A DNA stretch of 64,000 bases from the NCBI GenBank assembly GCA_963725155.1, contig CAVRXU010000002.1, positions 300,506 to 364,505 of the forward strand. Direction: 5' to 3'. The stretch is from an uncultured Microthrixaceae bacterium (GTDB lineage: Bacteria > Actinomycetota > Acidimicrobiia > Acidimicrobiales > DATDAH01). The notes beneath the pieces were generated by a model that had not been told where the DNA came from, did no database searches, and was given only the letters and a program-made list of their open reading frames with translations. Of the stretch, positions 45,309-53,891 are shown one piece after another. Numbering within the stretch: position 1 is the first letter of the stretch; the number at the start of each line of letters is the position of its first letter. Both the position numbers and the translations under genes were made by a program.

Positions 45309-48029
45309 TCACGCCAGGCCGCGACCACGCTGGAGCCTTGCTGAGCGGTCTGACGGTTCGAGTCCAACCGCTGCGAGGCGGAGCTGCCGATCGAGGGCAC
45401 GAAGGCGTTCGTCGGCGCCCGGCGCTACCGCACGCAGCGCGTCACGTTCTGCCTTCAGTCGTGCGATCCGAAGGGGCTCGTCGGGCCGGCGTGTCAGAGC
45501 TGGGTGCTGCTCACGTTCGACACCGGCTGGTTCGTCGACGTCGAGGATCCAGCGCTGACGGCGGTCGAGTGACCATTCCCGCCGAAGATCGTCGACCGCT
45601 TGGTCGAGATCATCCGCGGCGACGTACACCTTGCTGGTGTCGCGGGCACGGCTCATGGCGACGTAGGCGAGCTCTCGTCCGCCGCCGTCGGCGATGAGAT
45701 GAGCGCGGTCGACGGTTGCTCCTTGCATTCGATGGACGGTGACGGCGTAAGCGTGATCGAGGCGGTCACCTGGTCGAGCTCTTCGCGGTCGAGTACTTCG
45801 GAGCGGCCGTCATCAAACCTGATCGTCAGACCGTCGGCGCGCGGCGACAGCGACCGTGCCTCGCTCGCTGGTGACGAAGCGGCCGTACGTGCGCCGGCGA
45901 GAGCGTGACGACGCGATCGCCGCGGGCGTAGTGCTTGCCGCCGGGCGACTCGAGTCTCCGGACCTTCGACTCGCATTGGCTGCAACCCGACGATGGCGGG
46001 CTGCGTTCGTTGAGCGCAGCGACATCGCGCCGTCGCCAGGCAAGCAGAACCGACTTCGTGGCCGGCTCGAAGGTCGGCCTCCCACGCGTCGATGGCGGAG
46101 TTGAGCGCCTGTCGAGTCGGGGCGAGGTGATGATGCCGGTCGTGCTCGCGGTACCAGTCGAGGCGTCGGAGACCTGCCCGTGCGGAGCTGCTCGAGCGCC
46201 GGCCCGTTCACCCGGTTCGTGTTGGCGGATGTTCTCGTCGAGGACGTGGACGGCAGGCCCATGGCGATTGGCAAGAGCTTCGAGTCCGCCGCCGGGTTCG
46301 ACGGCGTCGAGCTGGCGATGGTCGCCGATCGACGATTGCCTTGGCGCCAGCGACAGTCGACGGCGGCGAGGAGCTTGAGCATGGCCGGTCGTCGGCCATG
46401 CCGGCTTCGTCGATGATGAGGACAGTGCGCTCGTCGAGGTGAGTGCTGGTGTTCGAGCCGCCAGACAAGGGAGGCGATGGTGCGGGCCTGGCGACACCGG
46501 CTTCGTCGTGCAGGGCGCGGGCCGCTTGGCCGCTGATGGCGGTCCCGAGGACCCGGTAGCCGTCGGCTTCGTAGGCGGCGCGGAGGACGTCGAGCGCGGT
46601 GGTCTTGCCGGAGCCGGCGACGCCCACGACCAGGTCGAGGCCGCGACCGGAGGTCGCTGAGGCGACCGATGGCAGCCCGCTGGCGTGCGTGGTTAGACGC
46701 TGGCCGAGGCGGGCTTCTTTCTGGCGGATGGCGGCGATGTACCATGGCGGGGGCGACGGCGGCGCTGTCGGTGTGGGCGACGAGGCGCTCGGCGACGGAC
46801 TCAACCGCGGCTTCGGTGGCCAGAGCCGACGCGGTGGCCCAGGCTCGGCCCCGGGCGCCGGGCTGTCCGACGAGCGGGATGGCCTCGGGGTGGGCGAGGA
46901 CGGCGTCGACGGTCCGGTCGAGTTCGGCGGCGGCGTCCGTAGAGGGCGGGGGCAGCGACGCGGGTCACCTCGGCCCGAGTGAAGGCCTTGCGCTCGCGAG
47001 CTGCCCGTCCGGGCCGAGCAGTCTCCGGACGAGTGCGGATTCGTTCTTGTTCGGTGAGCGTGGGGGCGGGCGGCTCGGCTGGCGTTGGTTGCTCGATCCT
47101 CAACCGCTGGTCGAGCTTGCGGACGGGCCAGCCGTCGTCGTCGAGTTCGTCGAGCCAGCGGACCAGGAGCGCCTCGGGTGGGTCGCCGGTCTTGGCCGCC
47201 CGGGTGGCTGCGGGCGGCCACCCCTCGGGCGCGAGGCGAGGCGAACCCCTCGGCCTCCTCAGCCGCGTCGATCTCGGCCGAACGTTTCGAGAACACGTCG
47301 GTGACCGCCTCGGGGATCCCCGGCGATCCGCCAGTGGTCCAGCTTGCCGCTCGGCCCGGCGTCGGGCTCGATGGCGTAACCCAGATCGACGGCAACTGAG
47401 GCTGAAGCGACGCGTCCGACCATCGTCGCCGCATGCACCAGGTCCCGGAGCCCACCGGTGTCCAGCGCCTTCCACCCACCACAGGCATCCAGCATCTCGG
47501 TCACATTGGCGACCAGCACGTGGTCATGCGGGGCGGGGTCACCGGCCCGGGAGGTGGCATGCCGAGTCCGCGCCCACAACAAGCCACTGGTGCGGGTGCG
47601 GGTCCGGACCCGGCCCCGCCGGCCGCCCTGACGCTGGAACCACACCTCTAGGAAGGCCAGGGTGGCATCGGTCTCCGCATCGAGGATGGCGTGCATGTCC
47701 TCGACCCGGCCGACGAGTCCCAGCACCGCGACCGACTTGTGGGCGGCCACCACCAGCTCGACCCCCGGCTGCGACGTGCCGGCCAGCCGTGAACCCAGGA
47801 CGGGGTCACAAGCACCACCGGGCCCGAAGATGGCCTGGTAGGTGTCCGCACCAACCGGGCCGATCAGGCCGAGTCGATCAGCGAGGCTGCCGCCCCAGAC
47901 CAGCGGGGTCTCGCCGCGGGTGCCGTAGTAGGCGAGGGCATCGCCCTCGAAGTCATCGCCCCGACCCAGCACGGTGCGCTCGTGATAGACGACCGAGTCC
48001 CTCCCCATCATCCGGAACCACGCCACCAC
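45309..48029 (-). pseudogene. MobF/TrwC-TraA type relaxase-helicase, multiply frameshifted
   Basis: The pieces lie in different frames. The relaxase domain is in 47259..48449 (...HKSVAVLGL...HATSRAGDPAPHDHVLVANV). The helicase has Walker A GVAGSGKTT and LIIDEAGM in 46208..47488, and GDHRQLDAVEPGGGLEAL in 45826..46497. The C-terminus MQGATVDRAHLIADGGGRELAYVAMSRARD is in 45309..45728. Confidence 0.8.
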
Positions 48030-48055
48030 AACCTCCAGCGGCCCAACCCGCAGGG

Positions 48056-48088
48056 GGTTGCAACCGTGTTCGTGTTCGTGTGGTTCGG
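48056..48088. promoter_or_regulatory. candidate oriT / relaxase promoter-region repeats
   Basis: A perfect 10-bp palindrome ggttgcaacc is followed directly by gtgttc gtgttc gtgtggttc, about 30-60 bp upstream of the relaxase start in the divergent relaxase/xis spacer. Confidence 0.3.
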
Positions 48089-48291
48089 TTATCCCTGCTA
48101 CGGAGGCGGTCGGTCCAGGCCTTCGTGCTGATCGGACAGTGCCTGGATCCGATCGTGACTGAGGGGCGGTGGTGGTGTCCAGTGGCAGGTCATCGACCAC
48201 GACGGGGTCCGCCGCGAAAGCCTCGGCGCGAGGGTTTGAGCCCCTCAACGTCCCTAGTGGGGCAGACCACCGTCGACCGAGGAGCACACCC

Positions 48292-48519
48292 GTGACCGCC
48301 ACCGACGATCGCCACAGCCAGGCCGTGGACGATGTGCCCAAGCTGATGGACATCACCAGCCTGGCCGAACACCTCGGCGTCGGGCCTCGCCACGTCCGTC
48401 GGCTCGTGGCCGAACGGCGCATCCCCTTCATCAAATGGGGCCACCTCATCCGCTTCGACCCCGACGAGGTTCGCGACTGGATCGACGCCTACCGCCGCTG
48501 CCCGGGCCGCACCGGCTGA
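48292..48519 (+). CDS. xis: excisionase-family helix-turn-helix protein
   Basis: LMDITSLAEHLGVGPRHVRRLVAERRIPFIKWGHLIRFDPDEVRDWID. GTG at 48292 is preceded by gaggag. Confidence 0.8.
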   Translation: MTATDDRHSQAVDDVPKLMDITSLAEHLGVGPRHVRRLVAERRIPFIKWGHLIRFDPDEVRDWIDAYRRCPGRTG

Positions 48520-48621
48520 TCTGTCACGGTCGCCGGGTACCTTCAGCAGGTCGCTCGCGCGCCAGCGAAATGGCCGCCTCCTACCGACCAGCACCGCCAT
48601 CGGTGCAGGAGGCAACGGGGC

Positions 48622-49761
48622 ATGGCCAGGAAGCGCCGACCGATGGGCGGGATCGACCGACTCAACTCAGGCCGCTATCGGGTGCGGATCACCGACCCCG
48701 CCACCGGCGAGCGCGTGAGCCTCGGCACCTACGCCACCAAGGCGGATGCCGAGCATGCCTTCGCTCACGCCATCACCGAGCAGGCCCGGGGCGCTCTGGT
48801 GCGGCCCGATCGGGCGACGATCCTTCTGGAGGAGTACGCCGACCAGTGGCTCGCCTCGCGACTGGCTCGAGGTGGCACACCCCTTCGGCCCAAGGTGCGC
48901 GAGCTCTATGAGAGCCAGCTCCGGCTCCACATTTTCCCCAAACTCGGCCACGTCCCGTTGGGCCGGCTCCGGCCCGCGACCGTGAGGTCGTGGTATGGAG
49001 GGCTGCTCGCTGACGGTCCTGGCGCCAGCACGACAGCCAAGTGCTACCGACTGCTGCGCGCGATCCTCAACACGGCGGTCGAAGACGGGCTCCTCGCCAC
49101 GAACCCGTGCGCGATCCGCGGAGCCGGCGCAGAGCGAGCGTCCGAGCGGCGCATCCCGACCGTCGAGCAGGTCTTCGACCTGGCCGACGCCGTCACGGAC
49201 CGCTATCGGGCGCTGGTGTTGCTCGCCGCTCTCAGCGGGCTCCGTCGCGGCGAGCTGTTCGGCCTCCGCCGCAAGGACGTCGACATCGGGAGCGGCACCG
49301 TATCCGTGGAGGTCCAGCGCCAGCAGCTCTCCACCGGCGAGCACCTCGTCGGCCCGCCGAAATCCGACGCTGGGCGCCGCACCATCGCCGTACCTACTGA
49401 AGCGCTCGAGACGCTTGTCGCTCACCTCGACGGGTTCACCGACCCGCGGCCCGACTCATGGGTGTTCACGGGGCCCAAGGGTGGGCCGCTTCGCCAGGGG
49501 GCCTGGCAGAACGAGTGGACCCGAGCCCGGGAGCAGGTCGGTCTGCCCGACCTGCACTTCCACGACCTGCGCCACGTCGCCGCCACGCTGGCCGCGGCCA
49601 CCGGAGCGGGCGTGAAGGACATCATGCACCGGATCGGCCACTCGTCCCCGCAGGCTGCGCTGCGCTACCAGCACGCCTCCGCCGGTCGTGACCAGACCAT
49701 CGCCGACGGGATCTCGGAGCTCATCCAGCGGGAGCGAGGCGGCTCACGCCGAACCCGTTAG
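48622..49761 (+). CDS. int: tyrosine-type site-specific integrase
   Basis: N-terminal SAM-like/AP2 region RYRVRITDPATGERVSLGTYATKADAEHAF. Catalytic region LSGLRRGELFGLR...HFHDLRHVAATL...IGHSSPQAALRYQH. Confidence 0.95.
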   Translation: MARKRRPMGGIDRLNSGRYRVRITDPATGERVSLGTYATKADAEHAFAHAITEQARGALVRPDRATILLEEYADQWLASRLARGGTPLRPKVRELYESQLRLHIFPKLGHVPLGRLRPATVRSWYGGLLADGPGASTTAKCYRLLRAILNTAVEDGLLATNPCAIRGAGAERASERRIPTVEQVFDLADAVTDRYRALVLLAALSGLRRGELFGLRRKDVDIGSGTVSVEVQRQQLSTGEHLVGPPKSDAGRRTIAVPTEALETLVAHLDGFTDPRPDSWVFTGPKGGPLRQGAWQNEWTRAREQVGLPDLHFHDLRHVAATLAAATGAGVKDIMHRIGHSSPQAALRYQHASAGRDQTIADGISELIQRERGGSRRTR

Positions 49762-49779
49762 GTCACGTTTAGGTCACGG
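49758..49779. repeat. GGTCACG arm-type repeat pair, right end of the element
   Basis: ttaggtcacgtttaggtcacgg overlaps the int stop, about 75 bp inside the att repeat. Same orientation as the copies at 42671-42691. Confidence 0.6.
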
Positions 49780-49850
49780 CGGCTCTCTCGACCCAGGTCT
49801 GCCTGCCGTCGGAGTGGCCAGGACCTGCAAATGACCTGGGGAAACGTCGG

Positions 49851-49899
49851 AGCACCCCCAACGGGATTCGAACCCGTGTTACCAGCTTGAAAGGCTGGC
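49851..49899. repeat. att direct repeat (proximal copy, inside tRNA-Glu)
   Basis: Identical 49 bp to 42522-42570. Covers the tRNA from the anticodon stem to the 3' end. Confidence 0.9.
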
Positions 49900-49925
49900 G
49901 TCCTAGGCCACTGGACGATGGGGGC
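49853..49925 (-). tRNA. tRNA-Glu (anticodon TTC)
   Basis: Reverse complement gcccccatcgtccagtggcctaggacgccagcCTTTCAAgctggtaacacgggTTCGAATcccgttgggggtg. Confidence 0.9.
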
Positions 49926-49985
49926 CAGGCCCCGCAGGGCCGAGGGTCGAGGCTACCGGCGGGGCCCGTCCTCCTCGGCCCCGAT

Positions 49986-50037
49986 CGTTCTGGTTGCACC
50001 TCCCCGTCACCGACCGCGGTGGGGTGCAACCAGAACG
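49986..50037. repeat. palindromic element, variant copy D
   Basis: cgttctggttgcacc - 22 nt - ggtgcaaccagaacg, with perfect 15-bp arms. It shares the CGTTCTGG...CACC ends with copies A-C. It lies in the divergent spacer between tRNA-Glu and the oxidoreductase gene. Confidence 0.65.
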
Positions 50038-50081
50038 AGCCGGCCTGCAGGGTGGCTGGGGTGCGGCAGTAGCGTTCCGGG

Positions 50082-51422
50082 ATGGGGCAGCGGCTGGTGG
50101 TGATCGGCGGGGACGCCGGCGGGATGACCGCCGCCGCTCACGCCCGCCGCCGCGACGGGGACCTCGACATCGTGGCCCTCGAGCAGACCCAGTGGGTCAG
50201 CTACTCGGCCTGTGGCATTCCGTACCTGGTGGCCGGTGACATCGAGCAGCTGGAGGACCTGGTGGCCCGGACGCCCCAGGAGTTCCGGGACCGGCACAAG
50301 ATCGACGTCCGTCTCCGCCACGAGGCCATGAGCATCGACACCGACGCCGGCGTGATCGAGGTCCGGGACCACGAGCACGGCCGCACCGTGCGGCTGCCGT
50401 ACGACCAGCTGGTGGTGGCCACCGGCGCCCATCCGCGCCGACCGGACATCCCGGGCATCAATGGCGAGACGGTGTTGGGAGTCCAGACCCTGGGTGACGC
50501 CCAACGCTTGCTGGAGCGCACCCAGCGGGCCGCCGTCCGGGAAGTGGTCGTCGTGGGTGGGGGCTACATCGGCCTGGAGATGGCCGAGTCCTACGTCCGG
50601 CTCGGCGCCAAGGTCACCATCGTCGACCGCGCACCAGAGATCATGGGCACCCTGGATCCTGACATGGCAGCACTCGTGCGCACCGCCATGGTCCGCCACG
50701 GGATCGACGTCCGCTGTGGCTCACCGGTGGACGCCTTCGAGCCGGGCTCGGTCCATCTGGAGTCCGGTGACACCCTGATCGCCGACCTCGTCGTGCTGGG
50801 CATGGGGGTCGAGCCCAACAGCCAGCTGGCGGTCGACGCCGGCGTCGAGACCGGCGTCAAAGGGGCCATCCGCGTCAACGCCCGCCAGCAGGCCAGCGTC
50901 GACGGGATCTGGGCGGCAGGCGACTGCACCGAGTCGTTCCACCTGGTCTCCCGCCAGGCTGTCCACATCCCCCTCGGGACCGTCGCCAACCGCCAGGGTC
51001 GAGTGGCCGGCATCAACCTGGGCGGCGGCTATGCCACGTTTCCCGGCGTGGTCGGCACCGCGGTGACAAAGCTGTGTTCCACCGAGGTGGCCCGCACCGG
51101 GCTCAACGAGCGCGAAGCGGCCGCCGCCGGCCTGGAGTACGTCGTGGGCAAGATCAAGGCCACGACGCGGGCCGGCTACCTGCCCGAAGCCCGGCCCGTC
51201 GTGGTCAAGATGTTGGCCGAGCGGGGGACCGGTCGCATCCTGGGGGCCCAGCTGGTGGGCGAGGAGGGGGCGGGCAAGCGCATCGACGCCGTCGCTGTCG
51301 CCCTCACCGCCGGCTTCACCGTGGAGGACATGGTCAACGCCGACCTGGCCTACGCCCCGCCCTTCTCCCCCCTGTGGGACCCGATCCAGGTGGCGGCCCG
51401 CAAGGCCCTCACCCTCTTGTGA
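50082..51422 (+). CDS. FAD-dependent pyridine nucleotide-disulfide oxidoreductase (CoA-disulfide reductase / NADH oxidase family)
   Basis: RLVVIGGDAGGMTAAAHARR (FAD fold), SYSACGIPY (single redox Cys), VVVVGGGYIGLEMAE (NAD fold), WAAGDC. Confidence 0.85.
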   Translation: MGQRLVVIGGDAGGMTAAAHARRRDGDLDIVALEQTQWVSYSACGIPYLVAGDIEQLEDLVARTPQEFRDRHKIDVRLRHEAMSIDTDAGVIEVRDHEHGRTVRLPYDQLVVATGAHPRRPDIPGINGETVLGVQTLGDAQRLLERTQRAAVREVVVVGGGYIGLEMAESYVRLGAKVTIVDRAPEIMGTLDPDMAALVRTAMVRHGIDVRCGSPVDAFEPGSVHLESGDTLIADLVVLGMGVEPNSQLAVDAGVETGVKGAIRVNARQQASVDGIWAAGDCTESFHLVSRQAVHIPLGTVANRQGRVAGINLGGGYATFPGVVGTAVTKLCSTEVARTGLNEREAAAAGLEYVVGKIKATTRAGYLPEARPVVVKMLAERGTGRILGAQLVGEEGAGKRIDAVAVALTAGFTVEDMVNADLAYAPPFSPLWDPIQVAARKALTLL

Positions 51423-51423
51423 C

Positions 51424-53718
51424 TTGACCCTCCCCGTCCTCGACCGCGACGCCCTCCTCGCCGATCCCACGATCGCCGGCCGAGACTTCTGCGTGGCCTA
51501 CACGGCCGCGGTCGACGACTGGCTCCGGGCCCTGTTCGCCGAGGCTGTCCCCGACCCCCGGGGGCTCGCCCTCGTGGCCGTGGGAGGTTACGGCCGGGCC
51601 GAGCTGGCTCCGGGCAGCGACCTCGACCTCCTTCTGCTCCACGCCCCTCGCCGACTGCCCGGGGGGGCGGCCCAGGCCCTCTGGTACCCCATCTGGGACG
51701 CGGGCCTGAAGCTGGGCCACGCCGTGCGCACGGTCAAGGAGGCCCTCGCCCTCGCGGCCGATGACCGGGACACCGCCACCTCCCTCCTGACCTGTCGTCA
51801 CCTCGCCGGCGATCCGGGACTCACTGACGACCTGGCCGAGCAGGCCCTGGCGCTCTGGCGCAAGCGCTCCAAGCGCTGGCTGGCCCAGTTGGCGAAGTCG
51901 GTGCACGAGCGCCACCGCCAACACGGCGAGGTGGCCTTCCTGCTCGAGCCCGACCTGAAGGAGGGTCGGGGTGGGCTGCGGGACGTCCACGCCCTCGGTT
52001 GGTCAGAGGCCGCCCGCCCGCAGCTGTCCAGGGGCGATCCGGAGGACCTGGCCGCCGCGGGCGACATCCTCCTCGCTGTGCGGGTCGAGCTCCACCGCCG
52101 GACGCGCCGCCCCAACGACCGGCTCGTGCTGCAGGAACAGGACGCCGTCGCCGAGGCTCTTGGCTACGAGGGGGCCGACGCCCTCATGGCCGACGTGTCC
52201 CGGGCGGCCCGCAGTGTGGCGTGGATCGCGGACGAGGCCTGGGGCCGGACCGAGTCGGCGCTGGTCGGGCCGACCGGTCGCCTCGCTCGATCGGACCGCC
52301 AGCTCGGGCCCGGCGTGATCCTGCGCGACGGCGAGATCCACCTCGAGGCCGACGCCAGTCCGGCCCTGGTGCCCGCCCTCGTCCTCCGCGTTGGGGTCGC
52401 CGCCGCTCAACAGGACGCCCGCATCGACCGCTCCTCACTGGACCGCCTGGCCGCCGAGGTCCCGCCGTTCGGGGACCCTTGGCCCGAAGGGGCCCGTGGC
52501 CTGCTGGCCGATCTCCTCCTGGCCGGTCGTCCCGCCCTCCGCGTCCTGGAGACCCTCGATCAGCGGGGCCTGCTGGTGCGGATCCTCCCGGAATGGGAGC
52601 CGGTGCGTAGCCGCCCGCAGCGCAACGCCTACCACCAGTTCACCGTCGACCGGCACCTCTGGGAGGCGGCCGTGAACGCCGCCGCGCTGGCCGACAGCGT
52701 GCACCGCCACGATCTGCTCGTCATCGGCGCCCTGCTGCACGACATCGGCAAGGGCTACCCCGGCGACCACACCGAGGTCGGCATCGACCTGGTCGAGCGC
52801 ATCGGCCCCCGCATGGGCTTCCCACCCGAGGACGTGGCCGTCCTGGCCGACATGGTCCGCCACCACCTGCTCCTGCCCGATGTGGCCACCCGCCGGGACC
52901 TGCGCGACGACGACACCATAACGGCGGTGGCCGAGGCCACCGGGTCGTTGGCCACCCTCGAACTCCTGGCCGCGCTGACCGAGGCCGACTCGCTGGCCAC
53001 CGGTCCTGCCGCTTGGGGCCCCTGGAAGGCGGGCCTGGTCAGCGAAGTGGTCGCCCGCACGGCCGAACGCCTCGGTGGACCGGCCCACCAGGAGGCCAGC
53101 GGCCCCCTGCTCACCGACGAGCTCCGGGCCCGTATGGCTCACGGCAGTACGTACATCCGAACCGAAGGGCGCATTCTGACCGTCATCACCCGGGACCGGC
53201 CCGGGACGTTCAGCCGGGTGGCCGGAGCGCTGGCCGTCAGCGGTCTCGACGTCCTCGAGTCCACGGCCCACTCCGAGCGGGCGTCGGCCCTGAGCCGCTT
53301 CACGGTCGCTCCCACCCACGGCGACACCGTCGACTGGGAGAAGGTGACCGCCCTCGTGCAGCAGGCCCTGGCCGGTGAGCTCGCCCTCGACGCCAAGGTG
53401 GCCGAGCGGGAGCAGGCCTACGCCCGTACCGGTGCCGTCCCCGAGGCCGATGCCGCCCCGCCTGAGGTTCGGGTCGACAACGACGCGTCTGGCACCTCGA
53501 CCGTCATCGAGGTGTACGCCCCCGACGCCATCGGGATCCTCTACCGCCTGACGAAGGCGTTCGCCGGCCTCGGCTTGGACATCCGCACGGCCAAGGTCCA
53601 GACCCTCGGTCATCGGGTCGTCGACTCCTTCTACGTGCGGACCGCCACCGGCGACAAGGTCACCGACCCGGAGCACTTGGCGGAGATCGAGCAGGCCATC
53701 CTCGCCGCCCTGGCCTGA
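51424..53718 (+). CDS. glnD: [protein-PII] uridylyl/adenylyl-transferase
   Basis: NTase GGYGRAELAPGSDLDLLLLH, HD domain LLHDIGKGYPGDHTEVG, and two C-terminal ACT domains. TTG start 1 nt after the upstream stop. Confidence 0.9.
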   Translation: MTLPVLDRDALLADPTIAGRDFCVAYTAAVDDWLRALFAEAVPDPRGLALVAVGGYGRAELAPGSDLDLLLLHAPRRLPGGAAQALWYPIWDAGLKLGHAVRTVKEALALAADDRDTATSLLTCRHLAGDPGLTDDLAEQALALWRKRSKRWLAQLAKSVHERHRQHGEVAFLLEPDLKEGRGGLRDVHALGWSEAARPQLSRGDPEDLAAAGDILLAVRVELHRRTRRPNDRLVLQEQDAVAEALGYEGADALMADVSRAARSVAWIADEAWGRTESALVGPTGRLARSDRQLGPGVILRDGEIHLEADASPALVPALVLRVGVAAAQQDARIDRSSLDRLAAEVPPFGDPWPEGARGLLADLLLAGRPALRVLETLDQRGLLVRILPEWEPVRSRPQRNAYHQFTVDRHLWEAAVNAAALADSVHRHDLLVIGALLHDIGKGYPGDHTEVGIDLVERIGPRMGFPPEDVAVLADMVRHHLLLPDVATRRDLRDDDTITAVAEATGSLATLELLAALTEADSLATGPAAWGPWKAGLVSEVVARTAERLGGPAHQEASGPLLTDELRARMAHGSTYIRTEGRILTVITRDRPGTFSRVAGALAVSGLDVLESTAHSERASALSRFTVAPTHGDTVDWEKVTALVQQALAGELALDAKVAEREQAYARTGAVPEADAAPPEVRVDNDASGTSTVIEVYAPDAIGILYRLTKAFAGLGLDIRTAKVQTLGHRVVDSFYVRTATGDKVTDPEHLAEIEQAILAALA

Positions 53719-53744
53719 GCCCGAAGCGGAGGCTCGTCGTGGCC

Positions 53745-53869
53745 GCTCCGCTGCGCAGCGGCCGGTCTGTGACATCCGCGTGGCTTCGCTGACGCTCAGC
53801 AACGCCGGCTCCGCCGATGCTGAGGATCGTCGTAGCTGCTCCGCTCCGCTGCGCAGCGGCCGGTCTGTG
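53745..53869. repeat. intergenic repeat family 2, copy F, flanked by perfect 27-nt direct repeats
   Basis: GCTCCGCTGCGCAGCGGCCGGTCTGTG occurs at 53745-53771 and again at 53843-53869. The 71-nt core between them matches 31813-31880. Each direct repeat contains the palindrome ccgctgcgcagcgg. Confidence 0.75.
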
Positions 53870-53891
53870 GTGAGCGTGCGATCATCGGGGG

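Larger units (their letters stand above)
42522..49899. mobile_element. integrated, decayed integrative (mobilizable/conjugative-type) element in tRNA-Glu
   Basis: Perfect 49-bp direct repeats at both ends. The tyrosine integrase and excisionase genes abut the intact tRNA. It carries a MobF-type relaxase (frameshifted), an AbiE-like module, an ISL3 stub and a VOC stub. GC is visibly lower than the flanks. Confidence 0.85.

Noticed and set aside
53745-53869. Possible CRISPR array (two identical 27-nt repeats)
   Set aside because: There are only two repeats, the sequence between them is itself a repeat found at 31.8 kb, and there are no cas genes. It is better explained as a small inserted element or a duplicated terminator.
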